From IMG/VR virus record IMGVR_UViG_3300030207_001042, positions 1 through 46,365 of that record: a stretch of DNA of 46,365 nucleotides; one strand, 5' to 3'. The notes below the pieces were generated by a model. The model was not told the origin of the DNA. It made no database searches and saw only the letters and a program-made list of their open reading frames with translations. The stretch comes from a virus (lineage: Duplodnaviria > Caudoviricetes). This document shows, in pieces, positions 1 through 7,479 of the stretch (position 1 is the stretch's first letter; each line of letters opens with the position of its first letter). Made by a program: the position numbers and the translations under genes.

Positions 1-36
1 TTGATGATATGAGATTTGAGTAACAGAAAATTGGGT

Positions 37-54
37 AGTGTCTTCAAAGACACT
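37..54. repeat. 18-bp palindrome copy 1 (AGTGTCTTCAAAGACACT), extended hairpin 33-58
   Basis: GGGTAGTGTCTT-CA-AAGACACTGCCC read directly; lies upstream of promoter P1. Confidence 0.95.
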
Positions 55-86
55 GCCCTTACTCTGTAAAAAAAAATCAAATAATA

Positions 87-118
87 TTTGGAAATGTCTA
101 AATAATGTCGTATATTAG
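87..118 (+). promoter_or_regulatory. Bacteroidota-type sigma70 promoter P1
   Basis: TTTG (87-90), 20-bp spacer, TATATTAG (111-118); closely similar to P2. Confidence 0.8.
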
Positions 119-134
119 TATAAATATTAAAACA

Positions 135-239
135 ATAACTCTGATGAGTCCTAAAAGGACGAAACCTCTAGCGAAAATATCGTAGGCGCAACACCGCTCT
201 TAAAAATTGAGTGAGCCTAGTGGACTAGAGGTCAGTTAT
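135..239 (+). ncRNA. Hammerhead ribozyme, type I, with large insert in stem III
   Basis: Stem I ATAACT(135-140)/AGTTAT(234-239); core CTGATGA 141-147; stem II GTCC-TAAAA-GGAC; GAAA 161-164; stem III CCTCTAG(165-171)/CTAGAGG(225-231); GTC triplet, predicted cleavage after C233. Confidence 0.92.
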
Positions 240-258
240 AAATCAAACAAATAAAATT

Positions 259-405
259 ATGTACGATTACAAAAATTATTTAATCGAAATGATAATGGCG
301 CTAGAGGGAAATACTAGCATGGATTATCACATCAACTTATTAACTCATTCAATAGATGAATTAAAAGAAATTAAGAACGAGAAGTTTAACCAAAAATTAA
401 AATAA
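259..405 (+). CDS. Small hypothetical protein, 48 aa (MYDYKNYLIEM...)
   Basis: Manually translated; ATAAAATT-ATG leader; first ORF after the ribozyme. Confidence 0.7.
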   Translation: MYDYKNYLIEMIMALEGNTSMDYHINLLTHSIDELKEIKNEKFNQKLK

Positions 406-409
406 AATT

Positions 410-514
410 ATGAAAAAAAAATGTAGTATATGTAGGGCAAAATTTATACCTACAAACAAAAATGCAGAAACAAGACAATGTTGTAAAGAATGTATAAAAG
501 AATTTAATAAATAA
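410..514 (+). CDS. Small putative zinc-finger protein, 34 aa (MKKKCSICRAKF...CCKECIKEFNK)
   Basis: Manually translated; CxxC...CxxC; TAA-AATT-ATG junctions on both sides. Confidence 0.7.
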   Translation: MKKKCSICRAKFIPTNKNAETRQCCKECIKEFNK

Positions 515-518
515 AATT

Positions 519-716
519 ATGGAAAAAGAAAATAAAAAATTAATTATGACTCAAAAGGGTTTATCTTCTTCTGTTGTAGAATTTACACCACTAGAATTAA
601 GTTGTCTTTTAGATATGGTAGAACAAGATATGGAAGATAATGATGAGTGTAGTGGAGAACTACATAAAGAAACATTAAGAGATGTATATAGTAAATTAGT
701 AATCTTAAATAAATAA
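519..716 (+). CDS. Hypothetical protein, 65 aa
   Basis: ORF track; same leader motif. Confidence 0.75.
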   Translation: MEKENKKLIMTQKGLSSSVVEFTPLELSCLLDMVEQDMEDNDECSGELHKETLRDVYSKLVILNK

Positions 717-720
717 AATT

Positions 721-879
721 ATGGAAACATATAATATAATAGGAATAAAAATAGATTCAGAAAAAGAGGAAATACTAGAAAGCAATATATCTTGTATTAG
801 AAAAGCAAAGTATCTTTTAAATGAGTATCAAAAAAATTATGGGATAAGGTGGAAAGTTACTTTAAATATTAATAAATAA
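721..879 (+). CDS. Small hypothetical protein, 52 aa (METYNIIGIK...)
   Basis: Manually translated; TAA-AATT-ATG junction. Confidence 0.7.
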   Translation: METYNIIGIKIDSEKEEILESNISCIRKAKYLLNEYQKNYGIRWKVTLNINK

Positions 880-890
880 ATTATAAAATT

Positions 891-1061
891 ATGAATAAAG
901 AAATGTCAGAGTTGCTAGTCAACTTACAAGAACAATTAAGAAAACAAAAAAGTGAATTAATGTGGTGGAGAAGTTATGGAGATTTCGTCAGTGCTAATTT
1001 TAATAATGTGGACTCGAGCGCGTGTGCGTACGCGGACGGAAACCCAAACATTGATGAATAA
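891..1061 (+). CDS. Small hypothetical protein, 56 aa (MNKEMSELL...)
   Basis: Manually translated; ATAAAATT-ATG leader. Confidence 0.7.
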   Translation: MNKEMSELLVNLQEQLRKQKSELMWWRSYGDFVSANFNNVDSSACAYADGNPNIDE

Positions 1062-1097
1062 TAAATTTCTCGAGGAAGAAAAAAAACTCCTCAATAA

Positions 1098-1129
1098 TTT
1101 GGATATGTCGATTTAATGTCGTATATTCG
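1098..1129 (+). promoter_or_regulatory. Bacteroidota-type promoter P2
   Basis: TTTG (1098-1101), 20 bp, TATATTCG (1122-1129); shares TTTGGAnATGTC...TAATGTCGTATATTnGTATAAATA with P1. Confidence 0.8.
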
Positions 1130-1155
1130 TATAAATAATGTTTAACTAGGGGTCT

Positions 1156-1172
1156 GTGTCTTCAAAGACACT
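1156..1172. repeat. Palindrome copy 2 (GTGTCTTCAAAGACACT)
   Basis: Between P2 and the ATG at 1194; flanked by GGGG/CCCC. Confidence 0.93.
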
Positions 1173-1193
1173 CCCCACAATACAAAAATTACT

Positions 1194-2327
1194 ATGTGTG
1201 TAATAATCATCAAGCAAAAGGATAAGAGAATAAAAAAAGAAACTCTTAAAACCTCTGCAAAAATCAACCCTCACGGATTGGGGATTGTTTGGCTAGATAC
1301 CTTTCAGGTAACCTACCACAAATCAAATGAGTATGCAGTACTCTATACTGAAAGACCATTCATCGCTCACTTTAGATATGCGACAATAGGTAAGGTAAAC
1401 AAAGAGAATACCCACCCTTTTCGTTGCGGACTCAAAACAGATGAGTACTTAATGATGAACGGAACAATAAGCGGACTAGGTAATGCGCAAACATGCGACA
1501 CCAAAGTACTAGCAAAACAACTAGGACATATACCGCGCCACAAATGGAAAGAAACTCTAGCCGAACACAAAGAGGTTAGGTTTGTTTCAGTGAACACTAG
1601 GACCCGTTCGTTTCAAATATACAACCGACACTTGTATACATATAAAAATGGGATATGGTACTCCAAAGACAATGTGCTACAAGACAACTTGGTTGCGGTC
1701 TATGGAACACTAAAGAAAAACCACTCTAACTATTATCATTACTTGCGCAGAGCAAAATATCTAGGCGGTGGAACAACAAAGGATAAGTACCCTATGATAA
1801 TAGATAGCCTACCTTATGTTCTTAAACACAAAGGTAAAGGATACAACGTAGAGGTAGATGTATTCAAGGTTTGTGATACGGACTTGGACTCAGTAGACCA
1901 ACTAGAAGGACACCCTAATTGGTACTTTAGGGAGGAGGTAGATATTAAAATGAAGAGCGGTAAGATTCTTAAGTGTTGGCTATACTTCAATAAGAAAGAT
2001 TACAAAGAGGGAATGCAAACCCATAAAACCTACAAACAAAATACTTATGTTGGCTCGTGGTACAAGCGGGGTAGGTTTGGGGATTTGCACAATATCATAT
2101 CTCAACCAAAAAAAGTATCTAACCCCGCACGGCAAGAACTAAATTTCCAATGGGACGATATAGAGATTTGGGATACCGAATGCGCAACCCTAACCGATAG
2201 TGTGAGCGAAGAATACTTTTGCCCCACTTGTTATGGGAATGTAAAGTATGATGACTTTAATAACTATCGTTGCGATACTTGTGATGAATGGTTCACGGAG
2301 CGCGAGATAATGCGCGACCAAATGTAA
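1194..2327 (+). CDS. Class II (Ntn) glutamine amidotransferase fused to gamma-glutamylcyclotransferase (GGCT/AIG2-like), with C-terminal Zn ribbon
   Basis: N-terminal Met-Cys, NPHGLG, AHFRYAT, NTHPF, NG motifs; VAVYGTLK and QLEG GGCT motifs; CPTC...CDTC. Confidence 0.85.
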   Translation: MCVIIIKQKDKRIKKETLKTSAKINPHGLGIVWLDTFQVTYHKSNEYAVLYTERPFIAHFRYATIGKVNKENTHPFRCGLKTDEYLMMNGTISGLGNAQTCDTKVLAKQLGHIPRHKWKETLAEHKEVRFVSVNTRTRSFQIYNRHLYTYKNGIWYSKDNVLQDNLVAVYGTLKKNHSNYYHYLRRAKYLGGGTTKDKYPMIIDSLPYVLKHKGKGYNVEVDVFKVCDTDLDSVDQLEGHPNWYFREEVDIKMKSGKILKCWLYFNKKDYKEGMQTHKTYKQNTYVGSWYKRGRFGDLHNIISQPKKVSNPARQELNFQWDDIEIWDTECATLTDSVSEEYFCPTCYGNVKYDDFNNYRCDTCDEWFTEREIMRDQM

Positions 2328-2382
2328 ATCAATCTGAGGTTTCTATACATTTTCCTCGTGTTAATATAGATTGATTGAGGGG

Positions 2383-2400
2383 AGTGTCTACAAAGACACT
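2383..2400. repeat. Palindrome copy 3 (AGTGTCTACAAAGACACT), extended hairpin 2379-2404
   Basis: GGGGAGTGTCT-ACAA-AGACACTCCTC; abuts hammerhead 2. Confidence 0.95.
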
Positions 2401-2402
2401 CC

Positions 2403-2453
2403 TCCGTTTACAAGTGTGTGCTTGTACTGATGAAGTCAAAAGACAGAAACGGA
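2403..2453 (+). ncRNA. Hammerhead ribozyme, type III, variant stem II
   Basis: Stem III TCCGT(2403-2407)/ACGGA(2449-2453); GTT triplet, predicted cleavage after 2408; stem I TACAAG-TGTGTG-CTTGTA; CTGATGA 2427-2433; A-GTC-AAAA-GAC-A; GAAA 2446-2449. Confidence 0.82.
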
Positions 2454-2478
2454 ATTAAGAATTTAAAAAATTAAAATT

Positions 2479-2790
2479 ATGAACACAAACAATTTAAACA
2501 GACATTTAGAAAATAAAGCAAAAAAAGATGTAGCTAATATGGTAACAGAAATAGAAGATATTCTTCTTCGTTATGACAGAGAATACGGTATAAGATTTGA
2601 AGATTTCTTTTTGATAAAAATAGTTGAAGACAAAAGAAATTATGAAACAAATGAAATTCTGTTTGACAAAAGTATAAAAAGGTTACAATTCACAAAACTA
2701 TTAAGGAGTTTATTAAAGGACAGATACTATGATAAAGTCCTGAAGAAAAGAACAGAAGATTTATTAAATAAAGTAGAACTATTAGATTAA
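2479..2790 (+). CDS. Hypothetical protein
   Basis: ORF track; TAAAATT-ATG leader. Confidence 0.8.
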   Translation: MNTNNLNRHLENKAKKDVANMVTEIEDILLRYDREYGIRFEDFFLIKIVEDKRNYETNEILFDKSIKRLQFTKLLRSLLKDRYYDKVLKKRTEDLLNKVELLD

Positions 2791-2796
2791 AAAATT

Positions 2797-3105
2797 ATGA
2801 AAAAGCTAACACAAAAAAGAATAAAAGAAATACTAACTGACTTTTGTAGTAAATGGTTTTACAACCCCGTGTTTGATGAGGGGTTTATGGAAACAACAGT
2901 TGGGTGTGAAGATGAAATGGAAGATGATGATAGCGATAGAATGAAAAGGTCTTTAATAAAAAACTATTTACTATGGTATGGTTATGATTATGTTTTAGAA
3001 GATGATGATACATACCCAACAAAAGAAGAATTAATAAATCAATACTTAACCCAAAGTAACCTTGATAAACTAAGAGTTAAGGAAAATAATAATTTAAAAA
3101 ATTAA
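2797..3105 (+). CDS. Hypothetical protein
   Basis: ORF track; AAAATT-ATG leader. Confidence 0.8.
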   Translation: MKKLTQKRIKEILTDFCSKWFYNPVFDEGFMETTVGCEDEMEDDDSDRMKRSLIKNYLLWYGYDYVLEDDDTYPTKEELINQYLTQSNLDKLRVKENNNLKN

Positions 3106-3143
3106 TGAAGTAGATGTAAGTGATGTAGAATTAGTAGATTAAT

Positions 3144-3175
3144 TTTGGAAATTAAAAAAGATTGTCTTATCTTTG
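3144..3175 (+). promoter_or_regulatory. Bacteroidota-type promoter P3
   Basis: TTTG (3144-3147), 20 bp, TATCTTTG (3168-3175), consensus match. Confidence 0.8.
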
Positions 3176-3205
3176 TATAAAGAATGTTTAACTAAAACAA
3201 TTATT

Positions 3206-3412
3206 ATGTATAAAAATATTAATATAAAAAGATTAGCTAGGGAGTTAGCTATCTTTGAAGTTAAAGCTAAATACCAAAGGAGAGGACTCATGGATAAGTT
3301 TTATGTAAACAATTACGATGAGTTTATGTCCTTAAAAATATCTAAAGACGCTAATGTAGATATAGATGAAAGTGCAGAAAAATATTTAGAAAAAATTGAA
3401 AGTGTAATTTAA
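3206..3412 (+). CDS. Hypothetical protein, 68 aa
   Basis: Start moved to ATG 3206 because the TTG at 3173 lies within P3. Confidence 0.7.
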   Translation: MYKNINIKRLARELAIFEVKAKYQRRGLMDKFYVNNYDEFMSLKISKDANVDIDESAEKYLEKIESVI

Positions 3413-3426
3413 AACCAAACAACATT

Positions 3427-3564
3427 ATGAACAAAGGGAAAAACACGTTGGGATACTTGACTCAAAAAATGAGCAAAGAACAACAACACTACTTAAAAAA
3501 ATTTCAAGAATTATTAATCAAACAAAATAAAAAATCATGCAAGCAAACAAAGAATACCAACTAA
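3427..3564 (+). CDS. Small hypothetical protein, 45 aa
   Basis: Manually translated; fills the gap and overlaps the next start. Confidence 0.5.
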   Translation: MNKGKNTLGYLTQKMSKEQQHYLKKFQELLIKQNKKSCKQTKNTN

Positions 3565-3851
3565 ACCTATCCATTATTGAGAAAGAAAAACTCACCGACC
3601 TATTGAATGAAGAAATAGGTTGTCCGCTAACCGCTCAAACTTTAAGCGAGTACACTTTGCTTTGTGCTTTAAAAAAAGAAGTGCAAGCTTTAGAAATCAA
3701 TGAGGTAATTATAAATGAGAATGATGAAGTATGTGAATGGGTTGTGAATGAAGATGATTTATTATTACTAGCACGTTTGATTAGCAATAGCGAACTAGAA
3801 GAATTAGGAGAAAAAATACAAGTGGAACTTTTAAAAACTTTATTAAAATGA
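3537..3851 (+). CDS. Hypothetical acidic protein
   Basis: ORF track. Confidence 0.75.
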   Translation: MQANKEYQLNLSIIEKEKLTDLLNEEIGCPLTAQTLSEYTLLCALKKEVQALEINEVIINENDEVCEWVVNEDDLLLLARLISNSELEELGEKIQVELLKTLLK

Positions 3852-4057
3852 AAATATATATAGACAACACAGAGATACTAGAAGAAACTTTACAAGTAGA
3901 GGGAGTAGACACAGACGACTTTCCAAAATTTTGTGATGCTTTTTTTAGTTACGGGGAAACAGTGTCAGGCAGAATGCTAACCACAGATGAACTAGACACA
4001 CTAACAAATGAGTACCCCGAACTAGTGAACTCAATGGCTTATGAATCTTTAATTTAA
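3848..4057 (+). CDS. Hypothetical phage protein
   Basis: ORF track; ATGA overlap with the previous gene. Confidence 0.8.
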   Translation: MKIYIDNTEILEETLQVEGVDTDDFPKFCDAFFSYGETVSGRMLTTDELDTLTNEYPELVNSMAYESLI

Positions 4058-4062
4058 AAAAA

Positions 4063-4473
4063 ATGAAAACTAAAATAGAACAAAACAAACACAAGATAGA
4101 TTTACTTTTTAAACTAGTAAAAGACTATACGGGAATACCAAAGGAAAAAATAAGAAACAAAACAAGAGTGTATGAGGTGGCAATGGCGCGTAATACAATA
4201 GGTGTTATGCTACATTCTGAATTAGGTATGACCATCATGGCTACGGGCGAAGTGATAAATAGAGACCACTCCTCTGTTCATCATTACGTCCGAAACCATG
4301 TAGATAAAATGAAGTTTGACCCCTTCTACCGAAACATGTATACTGAAGTGTCCAATTCTTTTTGGGCGAAGATGAGTAAAGCGGACATCAATGATATAAG
4401 TTTAAGAATAAAAAGTTTACACAGAGAAATTTTAGAATTAAAAAGAACACAAGAATTAATTAAATCAAGATAA
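4063..4473 (+). CDS. DnaA C-terminal (domain IV)-like HTH DNA-binding protein
   Basis: KTRVYEVAMARN...GEVINRDHSSVHH resembles the DnaA domain IV signature (AR...GRDHTTV). Confidence 0.75.
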   Translation: MKTKIEQNKHKIDLLFKLVKDYTGIPKEKIRNKTRVYEVAMARNTIGVMLHSELGMTIMATGEVINRDHSSVHHYVRNHVDKMKFDPFYRNMYTEVSNSFWAKMSKADINDISLRIKSLHREILELKRTQELIKSR

Positions 4474-4474
4474 C

Positions 4475-4594
4475 ATGGGAGAAATAATTGTATATGGAAC
4501 TGCTATACTTATAGCAATGCTATCCTCTTTTGCTTTGGGTATATATGTAGCAACCCAAATAGGAGAATGGATAAAAAGAAACACAAAAGAATAG
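4475..4594 (+). CDS. Small single-TM membrane protein, 39 aa (MGEIIVYGTAILIAMLSSFALGIYVATQ...)
   Basis: Manually translated; hydrophobic stretch; TAG stop overlaps palindrome 4. Confidence 0.7.
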   Translation: MGEIIVYGTAILIAMLSSFALGIYVATQIGEWIKRNTKE

Positions 4595-4610
4595 TGTCTT
4601 TAAAGACACT
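4593..4610. repeat. Palindrome copy 4 (AGTGTCTTTAAAGACACT; perfect 20-mer 4592-4611)
   Basis: Read directly; about 20 bp upstream of P4. Confidence 0.95.
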
Positions 4611-4629
4611 AAAAAAAAGTGCAAATAAA

Positions 4630-4661
4630 TTTGGAATTGTAAAATATTTGTACTATATTTA
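4630..4661 (+). promoter_or_regulatory. Bacteroidota-type promoter P4
   Basis: TTTG (4630-4633), 20 bp, TATATTTA (4654-4661). Confidence 0.7.
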
Positions 4662-4683
4662 AACTATAAATAAAACAAAGGAT

Positions 4684-5040
4684 ATGAAAAGTACATTAGT
4701 AAATAGAATTGAGTTTGATACTCTAGTAGAACGAGACCTAGATAAACCTAGCTTTCATTTAATAAAAGGTATGAAGTTGTTTATGAGCAAACCTACCTTT
4801 AATAACTTTATAAACACGGGCAGATTTATGTCTTATGAAACCTACAAGGAAATGCACCCCTTTTCAGAATGCGATAGCGCTACCCAAAATATAGTTAAGT
4901 ATGGAGGTAACTATATCATTGAGGTTATTCGTGGTCGAAAGGGAGACGCGTACTTTATGGTAAACAAAAAAAGATACAAGACTTTAGGCAGAGCGGAGAA
5001 AGAATTATGGGAGAGAACCATCGAGCCATTAGTGAGTTAG
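4684..5040 (+). CDS. Hypothetical protein
   Basis: ORF track. Confidence 0.8.
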   Translation: MKSTLVNRIEFDTLVERDLDKPSFHLIKGMKLFMSKPTFNNFINTGRFMSYETYKEMHPFSECDSATQNIVKYGGNYIIEVIRGRKGDAYFMVNKKRYKTLGRAEKELWERTIEPLVS

Positions 5041-5063
5041 CGAGCGGGAGTTTTTTGAATGTC

Positions 5064-5444
5064 AAGCAAGTGGCGATTAACCTCAATCCCGTTTCGTGTG
5101 TTTGGAATGTGAGGTTAATTATTTCATGATTGGATATGGGGGTACTTGCTTATCCCTATATCATTAAGGTTAGATTTAGGAGAAACCAAATCTATAATTA
5201 AGGGACTATAAGTCGTGTCCCTTTTCCTAAACTTAAAAAGAAAGCGGGTTGTTTTGACTACATTATTGGTCTTCTCGTAGTCAGTTGTGATTTTGACAAT
5301 TCGCTTTCTTAAAATAACAACGAAGGATATTTTAAAGCAAAGGCAAGTTTGTTCTTCTTTCGGTCTTTCGTTGTTTTGTAATTCATCTTTAGCCGGAAGA
5401 AGATTAATACTCAACAAAGGGGGTGCTTGCCCGCCCCTTTTTTT
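5064..5444 (+). ncRNA. Putative structured non-coding RNA (series of hairpins)
   Basis: At least six stems with G-U pairs favouring the + strand, ending in a terminator-like hairpin. Confidence 0.55.
5416..5444 (+). terminator. Intrinsic terminator-like hairpin
   Basis: AAAGGGGGTG-CTTGCC-CGCCCC followed by T7. Confidence 0.7.
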
Positions 5445-5457
5445 AAATATTATAATA

Positions 5458-5751
5458 ATGAAACAAGAAATTTTTAATACATACGCAAAAAAATTATGTG
5501 AGTTATTTAACTTACATGAAGAAGATTTGTTTTCTAAAACAAAAAAAAGGTCATGCGTAGATGCAAGACATTTACTTTATTATGTGTGTCATAAAAGACC
5601 TATGCGAATAAGATACATTCAAGACTACATGGCTAACAAAGGATATGACATCAGTCATTCTTCTGTTATACATGGTATCAATCAAGTATCAGAAAAAGTA
5701 GAGAACGATTCAGATTATCACAATCTTGTAAACACTTTGAATAATGTATAG
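5458..5751 (+). CDS. Second DnaA domain IV-like HTH protein, 97 aa
   Basis: LFSKTKKRSCVDARHLLYYVC...HSSVIHG; start moved to ATG 5458, after the terminator. Confidence 0.75.
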   Translation: MKQEIFNTYAKKLCELFNLHEEDLFSKTKKRSCVDARHLLYYVCHKRPMRIRYIQDYMANKGYDISHSSVIHGINQVSEKVENDSDYHNLVNTLNNV

Positions 5752-6151
5752 TTTAGAAGAAGTGTTTGAACAAGCGGTCAATGATGACAACTCTGCTCCT
5801 TTAAACTATCCTCATTACAAAGCGCAACTTTCGTGGGGTGTGAAGATAGTGAAGGACAATAGGACAAAAGAAATAAATATATTTAATACAACTAGAGGAG
5901 GAGATTATTACATGGAACTAGATAAAGAAGAGTATAAAAATTTTTCAGATAATGGTTGGATAAAAGGAATATATATATTATCTTTGTCTAACTTTCGTAG
6001 AAAATTAAATATCCTAGAGGGTAAGATTCATGCGGAGGTAACTAAAAATGGTAGCCTTAAAACTATCGCGACATATAAAAACTCTCGCGAAAGAATAATG
6101 CAAAGGTATACCAAAGTGTCTAACAAATTAAAAGAATTAAACAATGGGTAA
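5744..6151 (+). CDS. Hypothetical protein
   Basis: ORF track; overlaps both neighbours. Confidence 0.8.
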   Translation: MYSLEEVFEQAVNDDNSAPLNYPHYKAQLSWGVKIVKDNRTKEINIFNTTRGGDYYMELDKEEYKNFSDNGWIKGIYILSLSNFRRKLNILEGKIHAEVTKNGSLKTIATYKNSRERIMQRYTKVSNKLKELNNG

Positions 6152-6725
6152 AACAAAAAATTATTATCAGGAATTATCAGAACTACCAATCAAAAGATTG
6201 ATAGAAAAAAAAGGTGGACTAGATTATTTATCATGGTCTAATGCGTGGGATATGTTAAAGAAAGCATACCCTAACGCACAAAGAAAAGTTTATGAATCAG
6301 AACACACGGGACTTAATTTTTTTACAGACGGTAAAACATGTTATGTAAAAGTAGGTATTGTTGTAAACGATATTGAGCATATTGACTACCTTCCCGTTAT
6401 GGACTTTAGAAACAAATCAATATTGGAACATAAGGTTACATCAACTGATGTTAACAAAGCTATTCAAAGAGCAACTGCTAAGGCTATTGCTATGCACGGT
6501 TTAGGTTTAACTTTATGGACGGGAGAAGATGTTCCTAGCCAACCAACTAAAGAGGTGGATACACGCGGAACTAAAAAGCTAGCGGTAGGAAGTGAAGATT
6601 GGGTAAAGGTAGAGAAGTATGTTAAGTCTCGTAAATGGAAAGACATTACTGAAGTTACAAATGTAATAGGTGGTAAGTATGAGATTAATGCAACCATTAC
6701 TGAAGAACTTATCAAACTAATTTAG
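6144..6725 (+). CDS. Sak/Rad52-like single-strand annealing protein (DUF1071-like)
   Basis: LDYLSWSNAW, YLPVMDFRN, NKAIQRATAKAIAMHGLGL.LWTGED motifs. Confidence 0.85.
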   Translation: MGKTKNYYQELSELPIKRLIEKKGGLDYLSWSNAWDMLKKAYPNAQRKVYESEHTGLNFFTDGKTCYVKVGIVVNDIEHIDYLPVMDFRNKSILEHKVTSTDVNKAIQRATAKAIAMHGLGLTLWTGEDVPSQPTKEVDTRGTKKLAVGSEDWVKVEKYVKSRKWKDITEVTNVIGGKYEINATITEELIKLI

Positions 6726-6726
6726 T

Positions 6727-7479
6727 ATGAAAAAGGATATTGAAAAACTCCGTTGTGATAAAGAGTATTACAACGGAGTAGGTAAAAGTTATTTATCTAA
6801 TTCAGACATAGGAACTTTATTAAAAAACCCTAAATACTTTGGGGTATCTGTACCCGACAATCAAAACTTTGCTAAGGGTAGATTGTTCCATCAATTAATT
6901 TTAGAACCAAAGAAAGCTAGAGACTTTATACAAAACAATGTTATATCTTCAAACTCTAGAAATACAAAAGCATACAAAGAACAACTTATAAAACAATGTA
7001 AAGAAGTAATGTTGTTGGAAAAAGAAGTAGATGAAATTATAGAACTGACAGATACCATGTTAGCTAACATAGATTTCTTTGATTTAATAAGAGAAGAAAA
7101 TAGTTTGTATGAAGAGCCTGCTATTAAAAAAATCAAGGGAGTTTGGTGGAAAGGTAAGGCAGACATAGTAACAAGTGAGTATGTAGTAGATTTAAAAACC
7201 ACATCGGATATTACTAAATTCAAATGGTCTGCCCGTGAATATAATTATGATAGTCAAGCTTTCTTGTATGAACTATTGTTTGGTAAACCTTTAATCTTTT
7301 TAGTAATAGATAAACGAACTAGAATGCTAGGTAAGTTTGTTCCGACAGAAGACTTTTTAGCTAGGGGGGAAGAAAAGGTAGACAAAGCTATTGATGTTTA
7401 CAATACTTTCTTTAACCCTCATCAAATGGAATCTTTAAAAAAGAATATAAACAATCACTATATAATAGAAGAACTTTAG
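6727..7479 (+). CDS. PD-(D/E)XK exonuclease (RecE/ExoVIII, DUF3799-like)
   Basis: LSNSDI, GRLFHQLILEP, KGKAD, VVDLKTT, YDSQAFLY; adjacent to SSAP. Confidence 0.85.
   Translation: MKKDIEKLRCDKEYYNGVGKSYLSNSDIGTLLKNPKYFGVSVPDNQNFAKGRLFHQLILEPKKARDFIQNNVISSNSRNTKAYKEQLIKQCKEVMLLEKEVDEIIELTDTMLANIDFFDLIREENSLYEEPAIKKIKGVWWKGKADIVTSEYVVDLKTTSDITKFKWSAREYNYDSQAFLYELLFGKPLIFLVIDKRTRMLGKFVPTEDFLARGEEKVDKAIDVYNTFFNPHQMESLKKNINNHYIIEEL

Noticed and set aside
5124-5457. ORF 5124-5417 (-) and the N-terminal extension of ORF 5287
   Set aside because: Antisense or running through hairpins and a terminator; ATG 5458 has the typical A-rich leader
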